64,000 bases of DNA, taken from assembly GCA_965279375.1 (NCBI GenBank), contig OZ257156.1:2816001-2880000 (forward strand). Reading direction: 5' to 3'. The position numbers were made by a program, and so were the translations under genes. This DNA is from Gemmatimonas sp. Its GTDB lineage: Bacteria; Gemmatimonadota; Gemmatimonadetes; Gemmatimonadales; Gemmatimonadaceae. Shown in pieces: positions 27,433 to 37,960 of the stretch. The notes under the pieces were generated by a model, which was given only the letters and a program-made list of their open reading frames with translations, was not told the DNA's origin and did no database searches. Numbering within the stretch: the stretch's first letter is position 1; each line of letters begins with the position of its first letter.

Positions 27433-28584
27433 CTAGCAGACTCCCGGTGCGCACAGCGCGTCGATGACGGCATCCTGCTGCGCGCGCGTAAGGTGTGGTC
27501 CGAGCGGGAGACTCAGGACCTGGTCGGCGAGTTCCGATGCAATCGGCAGTGCGTCGACCGCGATGCCAAGGTTGGCGTACGCCGCCTGCCGATGCGGTGC
27601 GATTGGATAGTGGATCATCGTACCGATGCCTGCGTGCGCGAGTGCGTCCTGTATCCGCGCACGATCTGCAGCGCCGCCGGGAACACGAACGACGTACAGA
27701 TGCCATGCTGGCTCCGCCCAGGACGGTACCATAGGTAGCAGGAGCGAGGTGTCGCGCAACGCATCGGTGTAGCGTGCCGCCTGCGCCGCTCGTCTCGCGG
27801 TCCACTCATCGAGCCTGGTCAGCTTGAGTCGCAGCACGGCAGCCTGCACTTCGTCGAGACGACTGTTGGTACCCTGCAGCTCGTTCACGTACTTCACGCG
27901 AGAGCCGTAGTTGCGCAGCACGCGCAGCGTGTCGTCGAGGGACGCGTGCCGCGTGGTGACGGCACCGGCATCTCCGAGCGCGCCGAGGTTCTTGGTGGGG
28001 TAGAAGCTCCACGCGACGGCGTCGCCGTGCGCACCGATGCGTTGGCCGTTGTAGCGCGCGCCGTGCGCCTGCGCGGCGTCCTCCACCACGAGAAGATCAC
28101 GTGCCGATGCGAAGGCCAGAATAGCGTTCATGTCCGCCGGCTGACCGTACAGGTGTACCGGGAGGATGGCGCGCGTGCCTGCAGTGCACGCGTCGGCGAG
28201 TCGCGCGGGATCGATATTGAACGTGCGAGGATCCGGCTCCACGGGGACCGGTCGCGCACCAACCTGCGTCACGGCAAGCCACGTCGCGATGTAGGTGTTG
28301 GATGGGACGAGGACGTCGTCGCCGTGGCCAACGCCGAGTGCACGCAGCGCGAGGGTGAGCGCATCGAGGCCATTGGCGACGCCGGTCGCATGTGGTGCTT
28401 GTACGTATTGCGCGAACTCCCGTTCGAATGCGGAGAGCTCCTCCCCGAGCAAGAACCATCCGCTCGCAACGACGCGGGCGATGGCCTCGGTCATCTCCGC
28501 ACCGATTTCGGCGGAGACGCCACGCAGATCGAGAAACGGCACATCGTGGCCGAGCGCGTGTGTAGAACCACGGACGGTGGTCAT
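27433..28584 (-). CDS. DegT/DnrJ/EryC1/StrS PLP aminotransferase (FdtB-like)
   Basis: NGLDAL, PVHLYGQ, EDAAQAHGA, SFYPTKNLGALGD, NSRLDE. Confidence 0.93.
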   Translation of the reverse strand: MTTVRGSTHALGHDVPFLDLRGVSAEIGAEMTEAIARVVASGWFLLGEELSAFEREFAQYVQAPHATGVANGLDALTLALRALGVGHGDDVLVPSNTYIATWLAVTQVGARPVPVEPDPRTFNIDPARLADACTAGTRAILPVHLYGQPADMNAILAFASARDLLVVEDAAQAHGARYNGQRIGAHGDAVAWSFYPTKNLGALGDAGAVTTRHASLDDTLRVLRNYGSRVKYVNELQGTNSRLDEVQAAVLRLKLTRLDEWTARRAAQAARYTDALRDTSLLLPMVPSWAEPAWHLYVVRVPGGAADRARIQDALAHAGIGTMIHYPIAPHRQAAYANLGIAVDALPIASELADQVLSLPLGPHLTRAQQDAVIDALCAPGVC

Positions 28585-29267
28585 ACGAGACTCTCCGTGG
28601 CGAGCGTAGCCGCGTGTGCTGCGGTCACCGATGCCGTGTCATTCGCGTGGCATTCGAGCACAATGTGCGTGTAGGGAATGCGATAGAGCCCCGTGAGGAT
28701 GGAAGACTCGACGCGGCGAAAGCTGCCTGAGGCGAGCGCCTTCCACTCGGCTTCAGTGCGAATGTTCTTGCCGCGATCCTGTGCCATCAGCCAGCGAGAC
28801 GACCAGAGCTGATGCACCAACCACGTCGGTTCGAGGCACACCAGGCGGCCACCCGCACGCAACAGCTGCTTGGCGAGAGCGAATACCTCGTTCACCTCTG
28901 CGTCGTCCAGATGGTGCAGGAGGCCATTGCAGAGCACCAGGTCCGTGTCCCGCAGTTGTGGATGCGGTTGGTCGAGCAGCTGCGTTGCCGTTCCCACGAG
29001 AAACGTCGCGCGATTTCCGTAGTGAGCTTGCGCGCGCGCGATGTACGCCGCGCTGAGATCGATGCCAACGTAGTGTACGGTGCGTGGCAGGAAGTCGAGC
29101 ACCTCGCCCGTGCCGCAGCCGATGTCCACGACGCGCGTCTCCGGTCCGCAACGCCACACGTGCTCGGCCAGCCAGGTGCGGGCACGATTGGCGCCGGCGA
29201 GCGACTGGACCGCAGCATAAATCCAACCGCGGGACAGGAGCTGGCGAACGCCGGAATCATCCTGCAT
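28581..29267 (-). CDS. Class I SAM-dependent methyltransferase
   Basis: VVDIGCGTG, GIDLS, GLLHHL, GGRLV; overlaps the DegT start. Confidence 0.88.
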   Translation of the reverse strand: MQDDSGVRQLLSRGWIYAAVQSLAGANRARTWLAEHVWRCGPETRVVDIGCGTGEVLDFLPRTVHYVGIDLSAAYIARAQAHYGNRATFLVGTATQLLDQPHPQLRDTDLVLCNGLLHHLDDAEVNEVFALAKQLLRAGGRLVCLEPTWLVHQLWSSRWLMAQDRGKNIRTEAEWKALASGSFRRVESSILTGLYRIPYTHIVLECHANDTASVTAAHAATLATESLV

Positions 29268-29272
29268 CGCGG

Positions 29273-30268
29273 CTAGGCGCGAGGCGACGACTGCACGACA
29301 CGCACAAACTCATCGTAGTCGCGAATGTAGTCGTGTTCGTCGTACACGTCGGAGGCGAGAACCAGCAGCAACGCGTCGGGTGAGTACTTGTACTGCACGG
29401 CCCAGACCATCGGCGGGATGTGCAGGCCAACCGTGGCGCTGCTCAGCGTGATCTCATCGCGACGTTCGCCGTCATCGAGCATGACGGCGCAGCTCCCACG
29501 CACGCACACGAGAAACTGGTGCAGCGCGCGGTGCGCATGCTCACCCCGTACGCGCGTGCTGGGGACATCGTAGATGGCGAAGAAGCGCTGTGGTGCGAAC
29601 GGCAGTTGCTTGCCTACCTCGCCAAAGGTGAGCGCGCCGCGCAGGTCTTCGATCTGAGGCACCGCGTGTAGCCGTGCGCCGCCTACGAGCGTGATGGACG
29701 ACGGCTCCGCTGGTGAGGAGACCGCAGGGGGCGTCGTCGCTGACTCGCCGAGGTCGCTCCTGCTGCGGCCGCTGCCGGCGGCGCGGCCAGCTTCGCCGGC
29801 ATGATCCACGTATCCGATGATTCGGGCCGGGTTACCCGCGACGATCGCGTTGGCCGGCACATCATGCGTGACGACGGCACCAGCGCCGACCATGCAGCCT
29901 TGACCCAGCGTAAGTCCGGGGAGGATGGTGGCATTGGCGCCGATCGACGCGCCGGCGCGTACGAGCGTCCGGGCGTACTGCGCGGGCCGCTGGCGACTGC
30001 GCGGGAACGGGTCGTTGGTGAATGTCGCGTTCGGGCCAACGAACACGTCGTCCTCGAGGGTGACGCCATCCCACAGCTGCACGCCACACTTCACCGTGAC
30101 CCGATCGCCGACGGCCACGTCATTCTCCACGAAGACGTGGTCGCAGATGTTGCAGTCTGCGCCGATCGTCGCGCCGGGCAGCACATGGGCGAAGGCCCAC
30201 ACGCGCGTACCGGCACCGATGCGCGCCGACTCGACCAGGGCCTGTGGGTGGGCGAAGAAATCGGTCAC
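29273..30268 (-). CDS. WxcM-like bifunctional N-acyltransferase (left-handed beta-helix) / sugar 3,4-ketoisomerase (FdtA-like cupin)
   Basis: Hexapeptide repeats, GPNATFTND, GNPAR; C-terminal DLRGAL, RGEHAH, LLVLAS..YDE.DYIRDY. Confidence 0.92.
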   Translation of the reverse strand: MTDFFAHPQALVESARIGAGTRVWAFAHVLPGATIGADCNICDHVFVENDVAVGDRVTVKCGVQLWDGVTLEDDVFVGPNATFTNDPFPRSRQRPAQYARTLVRAGASIGANATILPGLTLGQGCMVGAGAVVTHDVPANAIVAGNPARIIGYVDHAGEAGRAAGSGRSRSDLGESATTPPAVSSPAEPSSITLVGGARLHAVPQIEDLRGALTFGEVGKQLPFAPQRFFAIYDVPSTRVRGEHAHRALHQFLVCVRGSCAVMLDDGERRDEITLSSATVGLHIPPMVWAVQYKYSPDALLLVLASDVYDEHDYIRDYDEFVRVVQSSPRA

Positions 30269-30497
30269 GCCTGTTCCTCGAGAAGTCTGGGAATCACAGT
30301 ATCGTTAATGTACAGGTTTCGGACCGGAGCGCTCCGGTCTGAATACAAACCACTCCTCGCCACACGATCGATCAGGGACGGTACGTCTGAGCCGATTCGC
30401 ACGATGGTTTGACCAAGCGGGCGCTGGCCGTGGAGCGCCATGGCCTGCGCTGCGTGCGTTCGGGGTACCCGAGCGCTGGGTTCTGGCGGCGCTCCTC

Positions 30498-32243
30498 GTG
30501 CTCGGCGCGTGGATTCGCTTGCACGACCTGGGCTACAACACCGCATTCAACGACGAGTCGATCAACGTCATCGTCGGGCGTGATGTGATCGCCGGCCGAC
30601 TGACGCCGAGCCCGATTCCGTTTTACGTGGGCTGGTATCTGTTCCCCGTGCTCGCGTGGTGGGCGGACCAGTTGGGTGGCGTCGTGGGCATGCGCGTGAT
30701 GACCGGGCTGTTCGGACTTGCCACCATGGTCGCCGTCGCCCACACGACCCGTCGTCTCTTCGGCAACCACGCCGCCATCGCGGCGATGATTCTTGTGATG
30801 GTGCTGTCGCCGTTCGTATTCGCCGGACGCGTGGCGTTCCGTGAGGCGGGCACGATCGGCTTCCTCGCCGTCGGCGTAGCGTGCTTCGTCGAGGCGTGGG
30901 CGACCGATCGACGGCGATTCTGGGCAGCGTCTGCGCTGTGTGTCCTCGCGGCGTTCCTGTGCAAGCATCCCATCGGCATGTACGGTCCGCCGATGGTCGG
31001 ACTGGCCATCCTCGCGGGCGCGCGCGGACGTCGCTGGTTTGCGCTGCTGCTCTCCTCGCTGGTGGTCGCGTATCTCGTGATCTATCGCGCGGAAATGCTC
31101 GAGATGTGGCACGTGCTGCGCACGACGCCGATTCTCTTTGCGCCGGAATCAGAAGTCCCGAAGATCTACGGCGTGCGACGGCTGGACGTCTACCTGCTCT
31201 TCGCGCTCTCGCTACTCGGCTTCGCACTCGATCGCGTGACGATGCGCATGCCGCGGCTGCTGCTGCTGGGGGGTGCGTTGCTCTTTGCGCTGGTGCATGT
31301 CACACAGCGCGCCGATCTCAACACCTACCGTCACGCGGCGTACGTGCTGGTGTACCTCATTCCGTTGACCGTGCATGCGCTGGCGCTGCTGCTCTGGCGT
31401 GTCTCGCAGGCGCAGATCGCAATTCCGCACTGGGCTCTTCCGATCGCCGCAGCGCTCGTGGCGGTGCCGTGCGCACTGGCCGGACGCGATTGGACGGTCA
31501 CGAAATCGGATGTCGCCTTCGCTTGGCCGAGTAATCGCATCGGCGCCGAGTATCTGCGTGCGTGGACTGGCGGCAATCGGCAGGTGTTGGTGGATGATCA
31601 GACGCTGCGCTACGAGCTGTGGCCGGAGTTCCAGACGTACCAGATCACCGATGCGTTCTACTACAGCTATCAGGGCCAGCTCAACGGACCAGCGTACACG
31701 GCGGCGGTGCGCGACGGCGTGTTCGACATCATCGTGCTCGACGGGGCCGCGTACGATGCCTCAGCCCGACTGCGCGACGCGATCATGCCTGGACTGGCGC
31801 AGCGATACGCGCTGGCGGTGGAAGCGGCCGACTCGCTCACCGGTACACCGGTGCAGATCTACAAGCGTGTCACGCCCGCACCACAACCGCCGGGTCAGCG
31901 CACGGGCCGGCTGCAAATTCTCGATCCGATCACCGGAAGCCGGAGTTCAACGGCATCGATCACCGTACGTGGCGTGCTCAATTCACCGCGCGGCGGCGAA
32001 CACGTCGAACTCGAGATCTTCACGAACGTGTGGTGGCCGCAGGGGAAGCCGCTTGGCGTCGATCCACTCAGCGGAATGTTCGAGGGAGTGGTGTCGTTGG
32101 GTGGCGTGGGACAGCAGCGCTGCCACCATCTCATTCGTGCGCGTGCGCGCGACTACAAGGGTGACGTGATTGCGAGTACGATGGTCGTGGACATCGGGCG
32201 CATCGATGGCGGCGTGCCAGACCCTACCTGTGCGGCGCAGTAG
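30498..32243 (+). CDS. GT-C (GT39/PMT- or ArnT-like) membrane glycosyltransferase 1 with C-terminal Ig-like domain; true start probably further upstream
   Basis: TAFNDES (DE motif), many TMs, LCKH, periplasmic C-domain FTNVWWPQG; frame open back to 30309. Confidence 0.8.
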   Translation: MLGAWIRLHDLGYNTAFNDESINVIVGRDVIAGRLTPSPIPFYVGWYLFPVLAWWADQLGGVVGMRVMTGLFGLATMVAVAHTTRRLFGNHAAIAAMILVMVLSPFVFAGRVAFREAGTIGFLAVGVACFVEAWATDRRRFWAASALCVLAAFLCKHPIGMYGPPMVGLAILAGARGRRWFALLLSSLVVAYLVIYRAEMLEMWHVLRTTPILFAPESEVPKIYGVRRLDVYLLFALSLLGFALDRVTMRMPRLLLLGGALLFALVHVTQRADLNTYRHAAYVLVYLIPLTVHALALLLWRVSQAQIAIPHWALPIAAALVAVPCALAGRDWTVTKSDVAFAWPSNRIGAEYLRAWTGGNRQVLVDDQTLRYELWPEFQTYQITDAFYYSYQGQLNGPAYTAAVRDGVFDIIVLDGAAYDASARLRDAIMPGLAQRYALAVEAADSLTGTPVQIYKRVTPAPQPPGQRTGRLQILDPITGSRSSTASITVRGVLNSPRGGEHVELEIFTNVWWPQGKPLGVDPLSGMFEGVVSLGGVGQQRCHHLIRARARDYKGDVIASTMVVDIGRIDGGVPDPTCAAQ

Positions 32244-32280
32244 AAGGCGGGCAGCGAGAGAGCGACGAGGCCGCCGGCAG

Positions 32281-34296
32281 CTACGGCTCGCTGCGAGACG
32301 GGCAGGGGATGCTGGCGCTGTCCGCGGTCGTACGCCGAATGCCCGGTACGAGTACTTCGTGCAGAATGCGCTGGTCGGCACTGAGCAGTCGCACGCGCAC
32401 GATGTGCGCGCAGCGCTCCGCACCTTCGCCGCCGAGCACGATGCGCCGCGCAAAGTGCCCTGTGCCCACGGAGAGATTGAGCGTATCTCCCTGCGGATAC
32501 CAGCTGTTGGTGAAGACGTCCACGCTGAGTCGGGCGTTCGCCGGAAGATGCGCGATGTCGCCCACTACCGCGGTGGACGGAAAGGGTCCATCGGCCACGA
32601 TCGTGGCGTTGGGCCGCGGTTCCGTGAGCACGATGGTCGGGGCGTCGCTTGCTCGACTGACCGGCGGTTGCACGCGTTCGTAGATGACGGCATCGGCGCC
32701 GGTGTTGGGCTGCAGCGCCCGCATGCGTTCGACGTAGCGCGTGAGGATCACGGGGTCGATCGCGTTCTGAAGGGCGCGCGCGTCGTCGCTGTTGTTGCCA
32801 TCCAGCACGACGTAGTCGAAGGCACCGTCCGCGACCGCGCGCGTGAACGCCTGCGGTGAGCGCATGCCGTCGACCTCGCGGGCATGCTCGTCCACGATTC
32901 GCTCTTGCGGCGTGCGCCCATCGAGCAGGTAGCGAACGGCCGCATCGTCGAGTAATACGCGTTGCCCCGATTGAATGCGTTCGTGCAGGAAGCGCGCGAC
33001 GACCGCGCTGTTGGGCCAGCTAAGTGGGATGCCGTCGCGTGTGGCCGTCTGCCCGCGCAGCAGGTAGAGCGAGACGGCCACGAGCGTGACGAGCCATGGC
33101 GACAGGGAGCGATCGCGACGCAGCAGTCGATCGGCGATCACCAACACGCCCGCTGCGGCAACGGGCAGCAACACAAGCGCCGGGTAGACCACGTGCGCCC
33201 AGCCATGCGGGTCGAGCGCGCGCGGGCTGGGCGAGAGGGCGAGAAGCGCCGCAGTTGCCACGAGCAGGTTGATCGGCGCGCGGCGAGCACGGAGGGCGTA
33301 GGACGAGCTGTCGCTGCCGCCCTCCCGATTGGCGACGATGAGCGCCACCAGTGCGCAGGCCCCGAGCAGCCAGATGTCGAGTACGTCGCGCACATAGCGC
33401 TGCACCAGATCGTCGCCCTGCGCTCGCGCGCTGGCTGTGTTGGCCAGCAACGCCAGCATGCCACGCAGCACGTCTGCATAGCGCGCGACATACGCGCCAA
33501 TCGCAAACACCACGACCCCCGTGAACAGGGCGCGTCCCAGAGCCGCGCGCGGGCGTCCGTGCCACCACGCCGCAACGCACAGTACCGGCAGCAACACCAC
33601 CAGCACGTGCTTCACCAACACGAGCGCAACGGCGAGCAGCGCCGCAACGAGCCAGTATGGCCAGCCGTCCGCCGACCCACCTCCCGCTGACGACTGATTG
33701 GATGGCCGCCCATCGGGTGACCAGTCGCTGGACGACCATACGTTGGATGACCACGCACGGGCGAACGCCGCGAGCATCGCGGCCAACAGGGCCATGCCCA
33801 GAGCATCCGGTGTCGCGACGTGTGACGAGAGCACGGCCGGCATGAACACCGCGCCGAAGAGCGCGGCCACGAACGCGGCGCGCTCGTCGAAGAGGCGCCG
33901 CGTGAAGAGGAACACGCCGAGTACGGCGACGGTCCCGAGTCCAGCAGCGACCAGTCGAAGCAACCCCAGGCCGCCGAACCGATCCGCCGTCGCAGCGATC
34001 ACTGGCCAGAGATACCAGCCGAACGACGTGCGCATGTGGCCCGTCACGTCGACGCCCCCCTCGAGCAGGCGACGGCCCATCAGGATCATGGCGCTTTCGC
34101 CTTCAAACGCGGAGTTGAAGTCCACGCGATAGGCGCGCACCGTGAACGCGGCGATCAGCAGGAGTCCCAGCCATCCCGGGTGCTGCAACTCCTCCAACGA
34201 GCGCGACGCATTCGCGGTGGTCATCGTCGCATTTCGCGGTGGCGGATTGCGCTCTGCCGCGTGGCGCTCGGACGTGTTGCGCGGTGGCGCGTTCAC
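32281..34296 (-). CDS. GT-C membrane glycosyltransferase 2 (paralog of 1)
   Basis: SAFEGES, GWYLWP..ADRFGG, many TMs, LVKH, C-domain FTNSWYPQG; start could be ATG 34224. Confidence 0.8.
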   Translation of the reverse strand: MNAPPRNTSERHAAERNPPPRNATMTTANASRSLEELQHPGWLGLLLIAAFTVRAYRVDFNSAFEGESAMILMGRRLLEGGVDVTGHMRTSFGWYLWPVIAATADRFGGLGLLRLVAAGLGTVAVLGVFLFTRRLFDERAAFVAALFGAVFMPAVLSSHVATPDALGMALLAAMLAAFARAWSSNVWSSSDWSPDGRPSNQSSAGGGSADGWPYWLVAALLAVALVLVKHVLVVLLPVLCVAAWWHGRPRAALGRALFTGVVVFAIGAYVARYADVLRGMLALLANTASARAQGDDLVQRYVRDVLDIWLLGACALVALIVANREGGSDSSSYALRARRAPINLLVATAALLALSPSPRALDPHGWAHVVYPALVLLPVAAAGVLVIADRLLRRDRSLSPWLVTLVAVSLYLLRGQTATRDGIPLSWPNSAVVARFLHERIQSGQRVLLDDAAVRYLLDGRTPQERIVDEHAREVDGMRSPQAFTRAVADGAFDYVVLDGNNSDDARALQNAIDPVILTRYVERMRALQPNTGADAVIYERVQPPVSRASDAPTIVLTEPRPNATIVADGPFPSTAVVGDIAHLPANARLSVDVFTNSWYPQGDTLNLSVGTGHFARRIVLGGEGAERCAHIVRVRLLSADQRILHEVLVPGIRRTTADSASIPCPSRSEP

Positions 34297-34421
34297 GCGT
34301 GTGTGGATGGTTGGACGAGGACGCGCATCGCGGTAATTTGAGCCGCGACGCAGGCGACGGCAAAGCGGTCCTGTCGGTAGCCAGTCCGATTCCCTTTACC
34401 CAGTCATCCCTTCGTGGAATC

Positions 34422-35963
34422 GTGAGCGCGGAACAGAACCTCACGCGGACCCGCATTGCGACGGCCTTGTCGCTCGTGGCGATCGGCGTTGTGCAGTGGA
34501 ATGCGGCGCGTACGCTGCGCAACGATGCGTTCGTGGACGAAGCGACGTACATCGTCTCCGGTCAGCTCCTGCGCACGGCCCACGCCAGCGGCATCGCCGC
34601 ACCGCCGGTGGCGAACTATCTCTCCGGGGCGCCGCACCTCTATCCGCAGCTGGCCTCGCTGCTCTTCGAGCGCGGTGGCCTCGAAGCGGCGCGTACGTTC
34701 AGTCTGTTCTGCATGCTGGCGGCGCTCGTGGCCGTCTACAGCGCGGCGCGGGGCATCTTCGATCGCCGCCTCGCCGGTGTTGCGGCGGCGGCGCTGTTCT
34801 CAACGCAGGCGCCGGTGCTCTTTCTGTCGCGCTTCGCCACGTACGACGCGCTGTGTGTCGCGCTCCTGGCGATCGCACTCGCCTTCGCCGTGGACAGTCG
34901 CGCACGATGGCGCACGGCGACCGCCGTGGCGGCCGGCCTGTGCATCGGTACGGCAGCGGTCGTGAAGTACGCTGCACTGCTCTACCTGCCATGCATCGTA
35001 CTGGTCGCAGCGTTTTCCGTGCCGTCGCTGTCGCTGTTCTCCAGCGCGCGCCTCACGCGCGGCGCCATCGCCGCCGCCGCCGCGCTCACCGTAGCGGGCT
35101 TGCTCGTGTCCCTCGGCGAGCCGTCGCGACTCCTGACGGGATTCGTCACCACCACGCTGACGCGCGCCGTCACCAGTGGCGGGCGCGCGATAGATCTGCT
35201 GCTCTTCGCGTCGGCACTCGGCGGCGTGTCTGCGTTGCTCGCGCTGCCGGCCATGGCGATTGCGTCCTCCGCGAGACGCTTCACGAGCATCACCATATTC
35301 GTGTGGGCATTGTTGGCGCCGCTCAATCATGTGCGGCTGCACGAGTTTGTCTCGCTGCACAAGCACATGGCGTTCGCGCTCGTGCTCTTCACCGTACTCG
35401 CCGGTGGAACCATTGCTGCGCTGATGTCGTGGATTCGTCGACGCTGGGAGTACGATCAGCTCTTGATCGCGTTTGCCGTCGCCGCCGCGTCGCTCGCGAT
35501 CTGTGCGCGCGCCATCGTGCGCCCGGGGCAAACCGAAGCGGATCGGCTGTTTCGCTATTGGCCCAACAACACCAGCTACGCCTACCGGGCCATCGCACCG
35601 GTGCTCCGCAGCGATGCGCACTATCTCGCCGAAGAGCCCGACCTCGGCACGCTTTACCTCGGTACGCGCGCGCCGGTCTCGCAGTGGGTGCACCCGTACT
35701 TCTTCGACTACGACGGCCAGCGGGCACGCACGCCATCGGATCTCGCGCCTTTCCGCTCCGCCATTCGCGACGGGTACTTCACCGCCATCGTACTGCGCTT
35801 CGGGCCGCAACGCACGTGGGCCAATGCGATGGAGGAGGCGCTGCTGCGTTCACAGCCGCGCTATCGACTCGCCGCGCGGCTCCCTTTCGAATTGGCCGAC
35901 GGACCGGGCGCGTATCAGGTGTGGGTGCGCAGCGACGCGCCGGGCGCCGGACAGGTGCGCTGA
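34422..35963 (+). CDS. GT-C membrane glycosyltransferase 3
   Basis: DAFVDEATY, GGLEAAR..SL, FLSRFATYD, VKYAA, many TMs; GTG start chosen. Confidence 0.82.
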   Translation: MSAEQNLTRTRIATALSLVAIGVVQWNAARTLRNDAFVDEATYIVSGQLLRTAHASGIAAPPVANYLSGAPHLYPQLASLLFERGGLEAARTFSLFCMLAALVAVYSAARGIFDRRLAGVAAAALFSTQAPVLFLSRFATYDALCVALLAIALAFAVDSRARWRTATAVAAGLCIGTAAVVKYAALLYLPCIVLVAAFSVPSLSLFSSARLTRGAIAAAAALTVAGLLVSLGEPSRLLTGFVTTTLTRAVTSGGRAIDLLLFASALGGVSALLALPAMAIASSARRFTSITIFVWALLAPLNHVRLHEFVSLHKHMAFALVLFTVLAGGTIAALMSWIRRRWEYDQLLIAFAVAAASLAICARAIVRPGQTEADRLFRYWPNNTSYAYRAIAPVLRSDAHYLAEEPDLGTLYLGTRAPVSQWVHPYFFDYDGQRARTPSDLAPFRSAIRDGYFTAIVLRFGPQRTWANAMEEALLRSQPRYRLAARLPFELADGPGAYQVWVRSDAPGAGQVR

Positions 35964-35977
35964 GCTACTCGGCGCAC

Positions 35978-37960
35978 TCAGAACGCGTGACGAATGCCCA
36001 GTCGCGCCTGCTGCAAGCGGAATCCGCCGAGGTTGTCGAGGTAGAAGAAGCCGCCCGAGGCGTCCCAGCCACGCTTCCCCACCAAGCGTAGTTCGGTGTT
36101 GGCGCTGAAGCTGTTTGCGTTGGGGACGTTCTCGCGACCCGACACGAGCTGTCCGACGGAGCCATCGGTGCGCCAGGTTAACCGCCCATTGATGGGGACG
36201 ATCAGGCCGAGCGAGATGAATGCATTGCCGAAGTCCTTGGGACTCCAGTAGCCGCCGAACTCGTTGGGTACTGAATTGGGTCCGCCTCGGTTGGCGTCGA
36301 ATTCGAAGCCGAAGTAGGAAAGCCCCGTGCCCAGCTCGAAACGCGCACCGGTGCCACCGATGCCGAAGCCGCGCGTCGCCGACGCGCTGAACTCGCGCCG
36401 CACGTTGTTGCGCAGCGCGGACGCTGTGTAGACGCCGATGCCCGCCGTGCCCTGAAGGGTGATGCCGGCGGCGACATTCGGCAGACGCAGCACCAGCCCC
36501 GTCGTGTTGGCGCGTACCTGCCCGATGAAGATCCCGTTTTCGGTCACACCGGTCGCGGCGCGACGGGAATCCTCGATGGCCGCGCGTCGCGCAAAGAGGC
36601 GCAACGTTCCGCGCGTAGAGAGCGCCGTCTCGATCTCTGCCGCCGCAGTCCAACCCGTGGGGGCGCGCTGATAGCGTTCGGCGCCTACTTCCAGTCGCGC
36701 GAGTGTCAGACGCGTCGAGCGCTTCTCGATGGCGGCGGACACGCTGCCCGAGATGAAGTGCTCGTTGGGTGCGACGAATTGCGTCGGCCCCCCTGACAGC
36801 GACAGGCGCGTGCCCGGCGCAACCGGTACGGATACGCTGGTGAGCGCGCGCGTGAGCGTCAGGCCAAACGACGTGTGCGCCACGACCGCGTCCACGCCCA
36901 CGATCGGTGCTGCACCGCGACGCACCCAGTCCGGTGCGCTCGGAAAGCTGGTTTCCTGCAGGCGACGCGCGACTTGGCGGGCTTCGGAGAATTCGCCGGC
37001 CGCCAACAACGCATAGGCCAACTGTTCGGTGAGTTGCGTATTGCCGGGCGCGCGCGCCACCTGCGGACGCAGCACCGCCACCGCTTCACCGGGGCGACCT
37101 ACTTGCACCAGCAGATTGCCGCGTCCCAGCAGCAATACGCTGTCATTCGGAGCGCGCGCAAGCAGCGAGTCAGCAAGCGCCAGCGCGGCCTTCGAGCGAC
37201 CGCTCCACGTGAGCACGTTCAGCCGTCCGCGCGCTGCTGCGAGGTTGCCGGGTGAGCGAACACCCACGCGCTCGTAGATGCGCATCGCTTCGGCGCGCGT
37301 TTCCGGCACCCACGAGAGGACGTCCGCGTACTCCGTCAGCAGCTCCAACGATGACGTATCCTCGCGCACGAGCGCGGCCAGGCGACGAACGCCGTCGGCG
37401 CGTGTGGACGGATCCCAACTCTGCGCCGACGCGATGGCATGTCGGACCTCGCGATTGCCCGGCGCCGCGCGTTCCAGCTCGCGCAGCAACGTCAGCCCTT
37501 CCGCACGCGTGGTCGCCGACCACGTGAGGGTCTGTCCGAGTGCGAGCTTGAGCTCCGTCGAGTCGGGCGCGAGCGCGACTGCTTTGCGCAGATGCACCAA
37601 CCCTGCCTGCGTCTCGCCCGACCACGCGAGCCACTGGCCAAGGTCTCGCTCGAGCGAAAAGTCAGACACGCCAAGCGCCGCGAGACGTTGCGAGAAGGGC
37701 AGTGCTTCTCGCCACTTGCCCTGGTTACTGAACAGCGAAGACAGTTCGCGCAGCGCCGGCCGCGACGTCGTATCGGTACGCAGCACCACGCGATACAACG
37801 ACTCGGCGCGTACCAGCGCGCCACGGCGATTCGCGGCGCGCGCCGAATCCAGCGCAGCCGTTGTGTTCTGCGTGGAAGTCGCTTGCGCCACTGCGGGACG
37901 GAGTGGCGAGAGCGAGGCGATGCCCAAGGCGATGGCCGCGAACAGTCGAGGAGAGTTCAC
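35978..37960 (-). CDS. TPR + outer-membrane beta-barrel polysaccharide exporter (BcsC/PgaA/PelB-like)
   Basis: Signal peptide, repeated TPRs with L.W.G/P, alternating beta strands, YWSP motif, C-terminal Phe; GTG start overlaps the synthase TGA (GTGA). Confidence 0.8.
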   Translation of the reverse strand: MNSPRLFAAIALGIASLSPLRPAVAQATSTQNTTAALDSARAANRRGALVRAESLYRVVLRTDTTSRPALRELSSLFSNQGKWREALPFSQRLAALGVSDFSLERDLGQWLAWSGETQAGLVHLRKAVALAPDSTELKLALGQTLTWSATTRAEGLTLLRELERAAPGNREVRHAIASAQSWDPSTRADGVRRLAALVREDTSSLELLTEYADVLSWVPETRAEAMRIYERVGVRSPGNLAAARGRLNVLTWSGRSKAALALADSLLARAPNDSVLLLGRGNLLVQVGRPGEAVAVLRPQVARAPGNTQLTEQLAYALLAAGEFSEARQVARRLQETSFPSAPDWVRRGAAPIVGVDAVVAHTSFGLTLTRALTSVSVPVAPGTRLSLSGGPTQFVAPNEHFISGSVSAAIEKRSTRLTLARLEVGAERYQRAPTGWTAAAEIETALSTRGTLRLFARRAAIEDSRRAATGVTENGIFIGQVRANTTGLVLRLPNVAAGITLQGTAGIGVYTASALRNNVRREFSASATRGFGIGGTGARFELGTGLSYFGFEFDANRGGPNSVPNEFGGYWSPKDFGNAFISLGLIVPINGRLTWRTDGSVGQLVSGRENVPNANSFSANTELRLVGKRGWDASGGFFYLDNLGGFRLQQARLGIRHAF

